Source: Mobula hypostoma
Taxonomy: Eukaryota
Length of the DNA: 64,000 nucleotides
Reading direction: 5' to 3'
Assembly: GCF_963921235.1 (NCBI RefSeq)
Contig: NC_086097.1
Span: 113,400,001 to 113,464,000 of the forward strand
The notes below the pieces were generated by a model. That model searched no databases and had not been told where the DNA came from. It saw only the letters and a program-made list of their open reading frames with translations. Shown here in pieces: positions 50,961-61,712 of the stretch; the stretch's first letter is position 1, and every line of letters starts with the position of its first letter. The position numbers were made by a program, and so were the translations under genes.

Positions 50961-53900
50961 CATGTAACCTTCATCCGTGGATTGGACAGCTTTGCATTTT
51001 AAAAGCCAGCTTTTATCTCATGGGGAAATTCTTGGTGGGAGGCACTTTTTTTTTACAGTGCCATAACAGGCCCTTCCAGCCCGGTGATCCCACTCTGCCC
51101 AACCACAGCCTTGTGGCTAATTAACCTACAAAACCGTGTGAATTTGGAACGTGGGAGGAAATCCATATAGTCACGGGGAGAACATCCTTCCAGACGGTGG
51201 TGGGAATGGAAGCCTTGTCGCTGACACTGTAATAACATTAGGCTACCCACCATGCTACTATGCCGCCCCCGTCAAGAAAGATTAAGTGAAGTTTTTGGGC
51301 AATGGCTTTGTTGGGCACCAGTCTTCATTGAGAGAGGTTCTGTTGTGGACTCAGAGTATCAGGGCAATCATTGTCTGGAATACATTTCAATGAATTTTTT
51401 TACTACCATATTGCTCGAAGACAAAAACACAATTCTTCAAGCACTCAGCGCCTAAAGCACCATTATTGAGGCTATTTCAGTTCACGGTGATGCCTCTCGA
51501 AATGCCATGTCCTCAGAACACTTTCTGGTTTTGGATCTCTTGCATTTGTAATTTCTATTTCTTCCTGTTGTAACAAGTTAGTTTTAATTCTTTTAATTTT
51601 ACTGGATGAGCTTTCTCTTGGTATATGATTGAGAAGGTCAGATTGACTTCTGTGGTTGCAAGCAAAAGCAATTTAGGAGCAACATTTGATCTAATAACGG
51701 GTGAAAATTCTGATTTCCTTGCTTATGTCAGTAAAGCTTACAGAACAAATTTACTTGGTAGTTTGAGAGTTCATCTTTGCAATTCCAGTGTTCAAAATGA
51801 TTCATCTTTGCAAGGAATGTGTCCAATGTCCATGAATCTGTGGAAATTATATATCTGAAAATTATCATTCACACACCTCTAAGTGCTTTCACAGGCTTAG
51901 TAAACTTTAAGAAAAGACATTAAAGGCTTACCCTCACAACGTTATGCCAGCAAGGACAATTGAGTGTGGTCTTATTTCTCGAAATTAGCAATTCTGAATT
52001 CCATTTTGATTTAAGATACATTAATCATCTCTTTGTTAATGTTACTGTCAGCCTTTATAGATGTTGACTTGTTGCGAGGAAGACTAAAAATGTCTGCTGG
52101 ATAAAAACTTTTAATTAGAATTGCCATAGTTACTTAATCCAACAAAGCAGGTTTATGAGATTGTGACAGTTATTTTTGTTTTGTGTTCAAAATGAACTAG
52201 CAGTTTTTCATATAAAAGCCACTGAAGCTCCATGTGTACTAAGCGAGTTTGGTGTTCCTCTTAATCTCTTAATTAAACAAAACATGTTCTGCTGTTTGAT
52301 TAACTTCCTGAGAGTAAAGTACAAAAGTATAGTTTGTGGATTTTTAGGAATCTTTTTTCCTGCTCATCTTTTGATAGTCAGGCAGTGAAATGCTATACAT
52401 TCAAGAGATTTATTTCTTTCAACTGTTCTTTAATCTCACCATCAGCGGTGACCTACAGTGCTTGCTGAACACCAATGTTAAATATTCATTGAGGATCTTG
52501 CACACCCACTTTCTTTGGCTCTGCACATAAATCCTCTCTTTTGTTCTTAGATTGGACCTATTTTTTCCTCCACCTGCTCTTTCTTGCTCCTAATGTGTGT
52601 ATAAAATGCCTTTGGTTTCTCCTTAATCCTACTTGCCAAGGATGGCTCATGATCCCTTTTAGCCCTCCTAATTTCTTGCTGAAATTCTTTCCTGGTTCCT
52701 TTACATTGGTCAAGAGGCTTGTCTGATTTTAGTTTCTTAAACTTTGCATATGTTTCCTTTTCCTTTTGGGCTAAATTTAGTGTTCTTTATCACCCAAATT
52801 TGGAAAGTGTTTGGACCTTTTGCATCTTCACAGGCATAGACTGCTCCTGAGCTCTAATCACCTGGCCTCATGGAGTTTGGTGCAGCAAAATGCAGGCCTT
52901 ACTGGCTGAAAGCTTCTGTAATGGTTGCAGGAGCATCTGGTGGGATGGAAGAACAAAGATCCCAGGAGTGGGTGTGTTAGTGACCTTCCGAAATGTGGGG
53001 TTGGTCAGTTCCAGTCGAGACCTGATATGACTAGATCAGCAATTTCTATTGTCTCACAATTAAATAGAGTACTATTTGCATTGTAATTCTTGTTCGCAGA
53101 ATTGGTACTTAAGATCAAGTAAGTGGTTTTGCATAAATAACTGGCAGCAAAGACATCTTAATGGATCCATTGATTTTTTTTTTGTGAAGTGTTGCTGACC
53201 TATTATTCAATACAGAGGAAGCTTCAAAACCTGATTAATGGCGAACATGCAAAATTAGCATTATATGATCGAATTACTGGGCATACATATTGCCCCTGTG
53301 AACAAATCCCCCAAATATTTTGAAAATATGTTAATTGAGATAATGTAAATAATAAAGGTGTTGACTTGCGGTGTTTAAATCCAAGGTACTGTTAGAAGTT
53401 AGAAACGAGGCGTAAAACTTATTGCTTCATGATCATTTTATTAAGAGTTGATCAAAGAGAACACAAACAGAAACAGGCGGTCTTACTAGTTGATGAAGAG
53501 GATCGAAAGATTATGTCATGGTGGATAGATTAGTAGGCACACTGAAGCAAGTTTGAACTATTCTGTTAATGATCGCCTTCAAGCGGTAAAAACCCTGTAA
53601 ATTTTGATAAGGCATATTAGCAAGAATAATATGACTCATAATATTGAACAACCCCCAGCTTCTGAGACTTGGATGAATCCAATCAAAGAAATCCTATCCA
53701 TCAGATTCCTGTATTTTAGCTGTTTCTTTATGAATATGATCAGCCAAATTAGTTACGTCTTCAGATTCATGCTACGTATGTACAACGCTCTTTCCCTATT
53801 ACTGCATGTTTCCCCCCCACCTCCAAATACTAAGAGGAGATCTAACTCCATACGATTTTGTAGAACCACTTGCACATGGCAACCATTTCTTTATTTTTCC

Positions 53901-54155
53901 CAAGGCTTCAGCAGTGTCATTGGTTACTCTTTATAAAATTGCAGCAACATTTTTAATCTCTCTTATACTCCTTGCAACACCATAAAATCAGATTAAAATT
54001 GATGCAAAATGATCTCCTTCTGAAATGTCTCGTTTACTTTTAGATTCAGTAGATAATATAGAAACATAGAAACATAGAAAATAGGTGCAGGAGTAGGCCA
54101 TTCGGCCCTTCGAGCCTGCACCGCCATTTATTATGATCATGGCTGATCATCCAAC

Positions 54156-57155
54156 TCAGAACCCAGCCTTCCCTCCATACCCCCTGACCCCTGTAGCCAC
54201 AAGGGCCATATCTAACTTCCTTTTAAACATAGCTAATGAACTGGCCTCAACAGTTTGCTGTGGCAGAGAATTCCACAGATTCACCACTCTCTGTGTGAAG
54301 AAGTTTTTCCTAATCTCGGTCCTAAAAGGCTTCCCCTCTATCCTCAAACTGTGACCCCTCGTTCTGGACCTCCCCAACATCGGGAACAATCTTCCCGCAT
54401 CTAGCCTGTCCAATCCCTTTAGGATCTTATACGTTTCAATCAGATCCCCCCTCAATCTTCTAAATTCCAACGAGTACAAGCCCAGTTCATCCAGTCTTTC
54501 TTCATATGAAAGACCTGCCATCCCAGGAATCAATCTGGTGAACCTTCTTTGTACTCCCTCTATGGCAAAGATGTCTTTCCTCAGATTAGGGGACCAAAAC
54601 TGCACACAATACTCCAGGTGTGGTCTCACCAAGGCCTTGTACAACTGCAGTAGTACCTCCCTGCTCCTGTACTCGAATCCTCTCGCTATAAATGCCAGCA
54701 TACCGTTCGCCTTTTTCACCGCCTGCTGTACCTGCATGCCCACTTTCAATGACTGGTGTATAATGACACCCAGGTCTCGTTGCACCTCCCCTTTTCCTAA
54801 TCGGCCACCATTCAGATAATAATCTGTTTTCCTATTTTTGCCACCAAAGTGGATAACTTCACATTTATCCACATTAAATTGCATCTGCCATGAGTTTGCC
54901 CACTCACCCAACCTATCCAAGTCACCCTGCATCCTCTTAGCATCCTCCTCACTGCTAACACTGCCACCCAGCTTCGTGTCATCCGCAAACTTGGAGATGC
55001 TGCATTTAATTCCCTCATCCAAGTCATTAATATATATTGTAAACAACTGGGGTCCCAGCACTGAGCCTTGCGGTACCCCACTAGTCACCGCCTGCCATTC
55101 TGAAAAGGTCCCGTTTATTCCCACTCTTTGCTTCCTGTCTGCTAACCAATTCTCCACCCACACCAATACCTTACCCCCAATACCGTGTGCTTTAAGTTTG
55201 CACACTAATCTCCTGTGTGGGACCTTGTCAAAAGCCTTTTGAAAATCCAAATATACCACATCCACTGGTTCTCCCCTATCCACTCTACTAGTTACATCCT
55301 CAAAAAATTCTATGAGATTCGTCAGACATGATTTTCCTTTCACAAATCCATGCTGACTTTGTCCGATCATTTCACCGCTTTCCAAATGTGCTGTTATCAC
55401 ATCCTTGATAACTGACTCCAGCAGTTTCCCCACCACCGACGTTAGGCTAACCGGCCTATAATTCCCCGGTTTCTCTCTCCCTCCTTTTTTAAAAAGTGGG
55501 GTTACATTAGCCACCCTCCAATCCTCAGGAACTAGTCCAGAATCTAACGAGTTTTGAAAAATTATCACTAATGCATCCACTATTTCTTGGGCTACTTCCT
55601 TAAGCACTCTGGGATGCAGACCATCTGGCCCTGGGGATTTATCTGCCTTCAATCCCTTCAATTTACCTAACACCACTTCCCTACTAACATGTATTTCGCT
55701 CAGTTCCTCCATCTCACTGGACCCTCTGTCCCTTACTATTTCTGGAAGATTATTTATGTCCTCCTTAGTGAAGACAGAACCAAAGTAATTATTCAATTGG
55801 TCTGCCATGTCCTTGCTCCCCATAATCAATTCACCTGTTTCTGTTTGCAGGGGACCTACATTTGTCTTTATCAGTCTTTTCCTTTTTACATATCTATAAA
55901 AGCTTTTACAGTCTGTTTTTATGTTCTCTGCCAGTTTTCTCTCATAATCTTTTTTCCCCTTCCTAATTAAGCCCTTTGTCCTCCTCTGCTGAACTCTGAA
56001 TTTCTCCCAGTCCTCAGGTGAGCCACTTTCTCTGGCTAATTTGTATGCTACTTCTTTGGAATTGATACTATCCCTAATTTCTCTTGTCAGCCACGGGTGC
56101 ACTACCTTCCTTGATTTATTCTTTTGCCAAACTGGGATGAACAATTGTTGTAGTTCATCCATGCAACCTTTAAATGCCTGCCATTGCATATCCACCGTCA
56201 ATCCTTTAAGTGTCATTTGCCAGTCTATCTTAGCTAATTCACGACTCATACCTTCAAAGTTACCCCTCTTTAAGTTCAGAACCTTTGTTTCTGAATTAAC
56301 TACGTCACTCTCCATGTTAATGAAGAATTCCACCATATTATGGTCACTCTTACCCAAGGGGCCTCTCATGACAAGATCACTAATTAACCCTTCCTCATTG
56401 CTCAATACCCAGTCCAGAATAGCCTGCTCTCTAGTCGGTTCCTCGACATGTTGGTTCAAAAAACCATCCCGCATACATTCCAAGAAATCCTCTTCCTCAG
56501 CACCTTTACCAATTTGGTTCACCCAGTCTACATGTAGATTGAAGTCACCCATTATAACTGCTGTTCCTTTATTGCACACATTTCTAATTTCCTGTTTAAT
56601 ACCATCTCCGACCTCACTACTACTGTTAGGTGGCCTGTACACAACTCCCACCAGCGTCTTCTGCCCCTTAGTGTTACGCAGCTCTACCCATATCGATTCC
56701 ACATCTTCCCGGCTTATGTCCTTCCTTTCTATTGCGTTAATCTCTTTTTTAACCAGCAACGCCACCCCACCTCCCCTTCCTTCATGTCTATCCCTCCTGA
56801 ATATTGAATATCCCTGAACGTTGAGCTCCCATCCCTGGTCACCCTGGAGCCATGTCTCTGTGATCCCAACTATATCATAATCATTAATAACAATCTGCAC
56901 TTTCAATTCATCCACCTTATTACGAATGCTCCTTGCATTGACACATAAAGCCTTCAGGCGCTCTTTTACAACTCTCTTAGCCCTTTTTAATGCTTGCCCT
57001 GGATTTGTCGGCCTGCCACTTTTACTTTTCCCCTTTGTACTTTTCACTTCTACGCTCACTTTACACCCCTCTGTCTCTCTGCACTGGTTCCCATCCCTCT
57101 GTTGTGAACTAACCTCCTCACACCTAGCCTCTTTAATTTGATTCCCACCCCCCAA
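54156..57155 (-). CDS. CR1 ORF2: APE endonuclease + reverse transcriptase, 999 codons uninterrupted, no N-terminal AUG
   Basis: Motifs CVNARS, GITETW, VYRPP, MGDFN, SDH, YRPVSLTS, LDFQKAFD, GVPQGSVLGP, FADD. The start in the ORF track is TTG; the first ATG is codon 202. Confidence 0.93.
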   Translation of the reverse strand: MGGGNQIKEARCEEVSSQQRDGNQCRETEGCKVSVEVKSTKGKSKSGRPTNPGQALKRAKRVVKERLKALCVNARSIRNKVDELKVQIVINDYDIVGITETWLQGDQGWELNVQGYSIFRRDRHEGRGGGVALLVKKEINAIERKDISREDVESIWVELRNTKGQKTLVGVVYRPPNSSSEVGDGIKQEIRNVCNKGTAVIMGDFNLHVDWVNQIGKGAEEEDFLECMRDGFLNQHVEEPTREQAILDWVLSNEEGLISDLVMRGPLGKSDHNMVEFFINMESDVVNSETKVLNLKRGNFEGMSRELAKIDWQMTLKGLTVDMQWQAFKGCMDELQQLFIPVWQKNKSRKVVHPWLTREIRDSINSKEVAYKLARESGSPEDWEKFRVQQRRTKGLIRKGKKDYERKLAENIKTDCKSFYRYVKRKRLIKTNVGPLQTETGELIMGSKDMADQLNNYFGSVFTKEDINNLPEIVRDRGSSEMEELSEIHVSREVVLGKLKGLKADKSPGPDGLHPRVLKEVAQEIVDALVIIFQNSLDSGLVPEDWRVANVTPLFKKGGREKPGNYRPVSLTSVVGKLLESVIKDVITAHLESGEMIGQSQHGFVKGKSCLTNLIEFFEDVTSRVDRGEPVDVVYLDFQKAFDKVPHRRLVCKLKAHGIGGKVLVWVENWLADRKQRVGINGTFSEWQAVTSGVPQGSVLGPQLFTIYINDLDEGIKCSISKFADDTKLGGSVSSEEDAKRMQGDLDRLGEWANSWQMQFNVDKCEVIHFGGKNRKTDYYLNGGRLGKGEVQRDLGVIIHQSLKVGMQVQQAVKKANGMLAFIARGFEYRSREVLLQLYKALVRPHLEYCVQFWSPNLRKDIFAIEGVQRRFTRLIPGMAGLSYEERLDELGLYSLEFRRLRGDLIETYKILKGLDRLDAGRLFPMLGRSRTRGHSLRIEGKPFRTEIRKNFFTQRVVNLWNSLPQQTVEASSLAMFKRKLDMALVATGVRGYGGKAGF

Positions 57156-57160
57156 CCATT

Positions 57161-58029
57161 CTAGTTTAAAGTCACCTCAGTAGCCCCCGCTAATCTCCCT
57201 GCCAGGATATTGGTCCCCCTAGGATTTAAGTGTAACCCGTCCTTTTTGTACAGGTCACACCTGCGCCAAAAGAGGTCCCAATGATCCAAAAACTTGAATC
57301 CCTGCCCCCTGCTCCAATCCCTCAGCCACGCATTTATCCTCCACCTCATCGCATTCCTACTCTCACTGTCGCGTGGCACAGGCAGTAATCCCGAGATTAC
57401 TACCTTTGCGGTCCTTTTTCTCAACTCCCTTCCTAGCTCCCTATATTCTTCTTTCAGGACCTCATCCCTTTTCCTACCTATGTCATTGGTACCTATATGT
57501 ACCAGGACCTCTGGCTCTTCACCCTCCCACTTCAGGATATCTTGGACACGATCAGAAATATCCCGGACCCTGGCACCAGGGAGGCAAACTACCATCCGAG
57601 TCTCTGGACTGCGTCCACAGAATCGCCTATCTGACCCCCTTACTATCGAGTCCCCTATCACAACTGCCCTCCTCTTCCTTGCCCTACCCTTCTGAGCTAC
57701 AGGGCCAGACTCTGTGCTGGAGGCAGGGCCACTGTCGCTTCCCCCGGGTAAGCTGTCCCCCCCAACAGTACTCAAACAGGAGTAGCTGTTGTTAAGGGGC
57801 ACAGCTGCCGGGGTACTCCCCATCACCTGCCTTTTCCCCTTCCCCCTCCTAACCGTGACCCACTTGTCTGCCTCCCGTGGCCCCGGCGTGACCACCTGCC
57901 TTCCACTCCTCTCTATCACCTCCTCGCTCTCCCTGACCAGACGAAGGTCATCGAGCTGCAGCTCCAGTTCCGTAACGCGGTCCCTTAGGAGCTGCATCTC
58001 GATGCACTTGGCGCAGATGTAGACGTCCG
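57161..58029 (-). CDS. CR1 ORF1 (5'-truncated): zinc finger/leucine zipper + SGNH esterase
   Basis: YICAKC then a coiled coil (LLRDRVTELELQLDDL). SGNH blocks VIGDSIV, LPGA, HIGTND and DGLH. Ends ...EVTLN-TAG. Confidence 0.9.
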
Positions 58030-58596
58030 TATGTGTGTATGTCTCCTGGCAGGAAAATCATATCCTAAGATCCTAACTAATTGCTTGGAAGAGAGGTGAA
58101 AGCTCTATTTCCGTATTGCTCCATGAAGATTCTAAATCTTTACAATTGTCCTAACTGACTATTGTTGGATTTTTTTAGAGGTCAGGAATGAAGCATAAAA
58201 CTTGTTGCTTCATGGTCATTTTATTAAGAGTTGATCAAGGGGAACAGAACAGTGACAAGGGGTTTTTAGTAGTTGATGAAGAGGATCTAAAGATAGCACC
58301 TAGCATAAAACAGCTACTTTTATACCCAAAAAATAAGAACATTCAATAGATAATAATCCAATTAGAAAATACTTATTTAATACTGTAGTAAAGTTAACCA
58401 AGGAGAAAATACTAGCCATTTAATGAAAGAACAAAGAAGCATCCTGAATTATACACAGTAAAGCCTCTAGAGTCATATTAAACTGTTACGTATATAAATG
58501 CTACTTAAAATACAAGCATAATTACAATTAAATGTTGGATCTAACAAAGGTTGATGAGAATATTAATGATTAATTTTTGTTTCTCTTCTATATTAG

Positions 58597-58742
58597 AATA
58601 CCTTAGAATACATAACGATGGCAGCAATGTCCAAAGTATTTGCTGTATCAGCAACATATCCATATCAAGTGATACGTGCTAGGCTGCAGGATCAACATAC
58701 CCAGTACTCAGGGACAATGAGTGCCATATGGAGAACGTTCAG
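58597..58742 (+). CDS. SLC25A32: SLC25A32 exon 6, 146 nt
   Basis: Pyrimidine tract + ttag acceptor. Encodes [48 protein letters not shown](R). Donor GTAAGA. Confidence 0.96.
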
Positions 58743-59080
58743 GTAAGATTTTTAAAAAAGACTTTGAACGAGGTTAAATCGCTGCTGTACCATTTAACAG
58801 TAACATTGCAGATCTGAATATAACCATACCTTCACATTGCTGTTGTATTTTGCAGTGACCTTTGAACCCCTTTCTTATTAAGAATCCATTTGCCTCAACC
58901 TTGAAAGTATTCATAGGTGGCTAAGGAGTAGGTCAATTGGTATTGTAAATTATCCTGTAATTAGACTAGGGTTAAATAGGTGGGCTGTGCTGCTTGTTGG
59001 GCCAGAAGGGCCTGTTCTGGTTTTTTTCGCTAAATAAAATAAATGAGAAGAGAGTTCCAATGCCTCATGACCCTCTGAGA

Positions 59081-59159
59081 CAGGGGTTCACTACTGGGGT
59101 CCAAGGACCCCTTTCTTAATTGTATTGGTCCATGGCATAAAAATGGTTAGGAACCCCAT
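59081..59159. mobile_element. 79-bp hAT-type MITE
   Basis: Ends CAGGGGTT and AACCCCAT, with the 8-bp TSD CTCTGAGA at 59073-59080 and 59160-59167. Confidence 0.75.
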
Positions 59160-60057
59160 CTCTGAGAGAGGTAATTTTTTGTTCCTCTCTCTTAAGTGGG
59201 CGACTTCTTATTTTTAAACTAAGTCGTAGTTCTCGTTAAGAAAAAATAGCCTTTCTCTCTGACCTTGCAGACTCTTTATACACTTTAATCAGGCCTTATT
59301 TTTCTAAGCTCGGGCAGATACTAGCCTAGCCTATCCAACCTTTCCTTGTAAGACAACTAAAGGGTGGCACCTTGATGCAGTGAATAGAGCTATTCCCTTA
59401 CAATGCCAATGACTTGGGTTAATTCCTGGCCTCCATTGGGGGGAGGGGGGGTATGTGTTTGGAGTTTGCGTTTTCTCTATTTGGGTTTGCTCCAGATATT
59501 TCAGTTTCTACCCACATTCAGGAAATGAATGGATTAATGGGTTAATTGATCACTGCAAATTGTCCCTAATGTGCAGTTAAGTGTTTGGATCCAGAGATAA
59601 AACAAGAATTAGTGTAAATGGGTGCTTAACATGATCTTGTTGAGCCACCTTCTGTGTTCTGTATCTCTGTGACTATCCATCCATACCAGGCTGGTGATCT
59701 GGAATTCTTTGTCACGTGCATGGAATTTAACAATGAAAGGACTGTCTTCTGCTATAAATCTTCAGTACATTAAATGATTCTGTCTTCCTCTTGTGATTTC
59801 TCGTGTAGTAGCCCTACATTCTGGAATTCTCCTGCCTATTAACACCACCTCTAATACACTGACTCCTCCCGGTGTCTTTGGCTGACCATACTTCACTGAG
59901 CTGTATTGGAATACTTGTAAATTTTGATGCTTTATATGTAAATGCTGCCAATTGAAGGGATCTTTGGATATTTTAATCGTTGCTAGTCTTGTACCAAGTA
60001 TGTTGATCTAAGTAAAGATGTTTTTTTTTACCCTGGTGACATTTCTATTACTCCTAA

Positions 60058-60579
60058 AGCCTAATTTCTACTTCTGCGTCAACGCGATGCCGTAAGTACT
60101 GCGTCACCGCAAACCCTACGCAGAGCCAACGCGGATCCCTACGCCAGAGCCTGTGTTGCTGTGACGCACACCTCTTCCAAAATGTAACCGCGCATTGCGG
60201 CAACGCAGAACGCAACAGCTGTGATTGGTCCACTTGGTAGCATCGCATTTCATCCTATGCTGCAATAGCTTCCCATTGGCCGGCTGAAGGGCAGGGAAGG
60301 AATTCTTAGCTGCAATGCTTTCCATAAAGCTTTACAGACCTCCGAAATTATGGAGGACACATTTCGCTTTTAAGAAAAAAAACGCTCGCTTCTTGTTTAC
60401 CCCAAGAAAGACTACCATGACCATGAAGCCTTGCACGGGCAGGTGTGTGCGCATGCGTGACGTGCGTGAATTGCAGAGCGATGCAGACACACCAATGCAC
60501 AAATATAAATGCTCTCAACACGCACAAGTCACTTGCGTGGGTTACGGCATCCAGTTAAGGCAGAAGTATAAATCAGACT
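60058..60579. mobile_element. PIF/Harbinger-type MITE
   Basis: Imperfect ~40-bp TIRs (AGCCTAATTTCTACTTCTGC..GATGCCGTAA and TTACGGCATC..GCAGAAGTATAAATCAGACT), with TAA on both sides. Confidence 0.8.
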
Positions 60580-61204
60580 TAATGCTTTACTTGGTTCTTC
60601 TGACGCAAAAGGTTGAAAGCTCAAACGGCACTCCATTTGAATGTAAAAAAAAACAGCAGGAGGCCATTTGCTTCTTTGTTCCTGCTGCTTTATTCGTTAT
60701 GATCATGTTAATTGATTTCTTATTGTCTCCTTCACTAAGCCCCTTAATGTTGTAATTTATTGGTTTCTGGGTTGAAAATACCCAGTGGCCGAGCACTCTT
60801 ATGCAGTGAATTTCAATGATTCAGAACAATCTGGGTGAAGAACTTCTTCTCAACTCCCTCTTTGAGGACTGACCCTTTGTTGCTGTATGATCTAGACACC
60901 CAATCCATGAAAAACAGCAACTCCGCACCTACCCATTGAAGCCCCATAAGAATTTTGTATGTTTCATGATATTGCAAGGTGTTATTAAGAGTAATCTGGG
61001 TGTTCTTGTATGCAAATCATTGGAAGTTAAAATGCATATATGGTTACCTTTCCCCAATTACCTGCTCCATACTGAGTATAGACACAGCTTGCTACAATTA
61101 AAGTGGCCAGGTGAGGCTGCAGCTCATTGGGTATATGTAAAGCAGAGGTTGATAGGTTCTTGATTGGTAAGGGTGTCAAAGGTAATGGGGAGATAATAGA
61201 ATGT

Positions 61205-61712
61205 AAACGCAAACACGAGGAAATCTGCAGATGCTGGAACTTCAAGCAACACATATAAAAGTTGCTGGTGAACGCAGCAGGCTGGGCAGCATCTCTAGGA
61301 AGAGGTACAGTCAACAGAGGAACATTGACAAACTTCCGCTAATGCCCCACCTCCCCCTCGTACCCCATCCGTTATTTATTTATATACACACATTCTTTTT
61401 CTCCCTCTGTCCCCCTCACTATACCCCTTGCCCATCCTCTGGGCTTTTTCCCCCCTCCCCCTTTTCTTTCTCCCTAGGCCTCTTGTCCCATGATCCTCTC
61501 ATATCCCTTTTGCTAATCACCTGTCCAGCTCTTGGCTCCATCCCTCCCCCTCCTGTCCTCTCCTATCATTTCAGATTTCCCCTTCCCCCTCCCACTTTCA
61601 AATCTCTTACTAGCTCTTCTTTCAGTTGGTCCTGACGAAGGGTCTCAGCCTGAAACGTCGACTGTGCCTCTTCCTAGAGATGCTGCCTGGCCTGCTGCAT
61701 TCACCAGCAACT
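61205..61712. mobile_element. Penelope-type terminal repeat with inversion, inserted in a CR1 3' end
   Basis: About 61260-61315 is an imperfect inverted copy of about 61657-61712. Includes a pyrimidine-rich segment and the hammerhead motif. Confidence 0.75.
61628..61663 (+). ncRNA. Minimal type I hammerhead ribozyme motif (Penelope-associated)
   Basis: GGUC-CUGACGA-AGGGUCUCAGCCU-GAAA-CGUC-GACU on the SLC25A32 sense strand, intron 6. Activity is untested. Confidence 0.65.

Larger units (their letters stand above)
54058..58029 (-). mobile_element. Young near-full-length CR1 in SLC25A32 intron 5 (antisense), truncated within the ORF1 zinc finger
   Basis: Uninterrupted ORF2, open ORF1 remainder, CR1 3' stem-loop and (TTTCTATG)n tail. 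Confidence 0.97.

Noticed and set aside
53355..53380. gtgttgacttgcggtg resembling a phage lambda promoter/operator
   Set aside because: A short chance match with no other prokaryotic context.
57157..57163. UAG-A-AUG stop-start as a termination-reinitiation signal for CR1 ORF2
   Set aside because: That AUG is in the third frame and stops after 8 codons, so it cannot start ORF2 in this copy. AUG-independent reinitiation remains an alternative to frameshifting.
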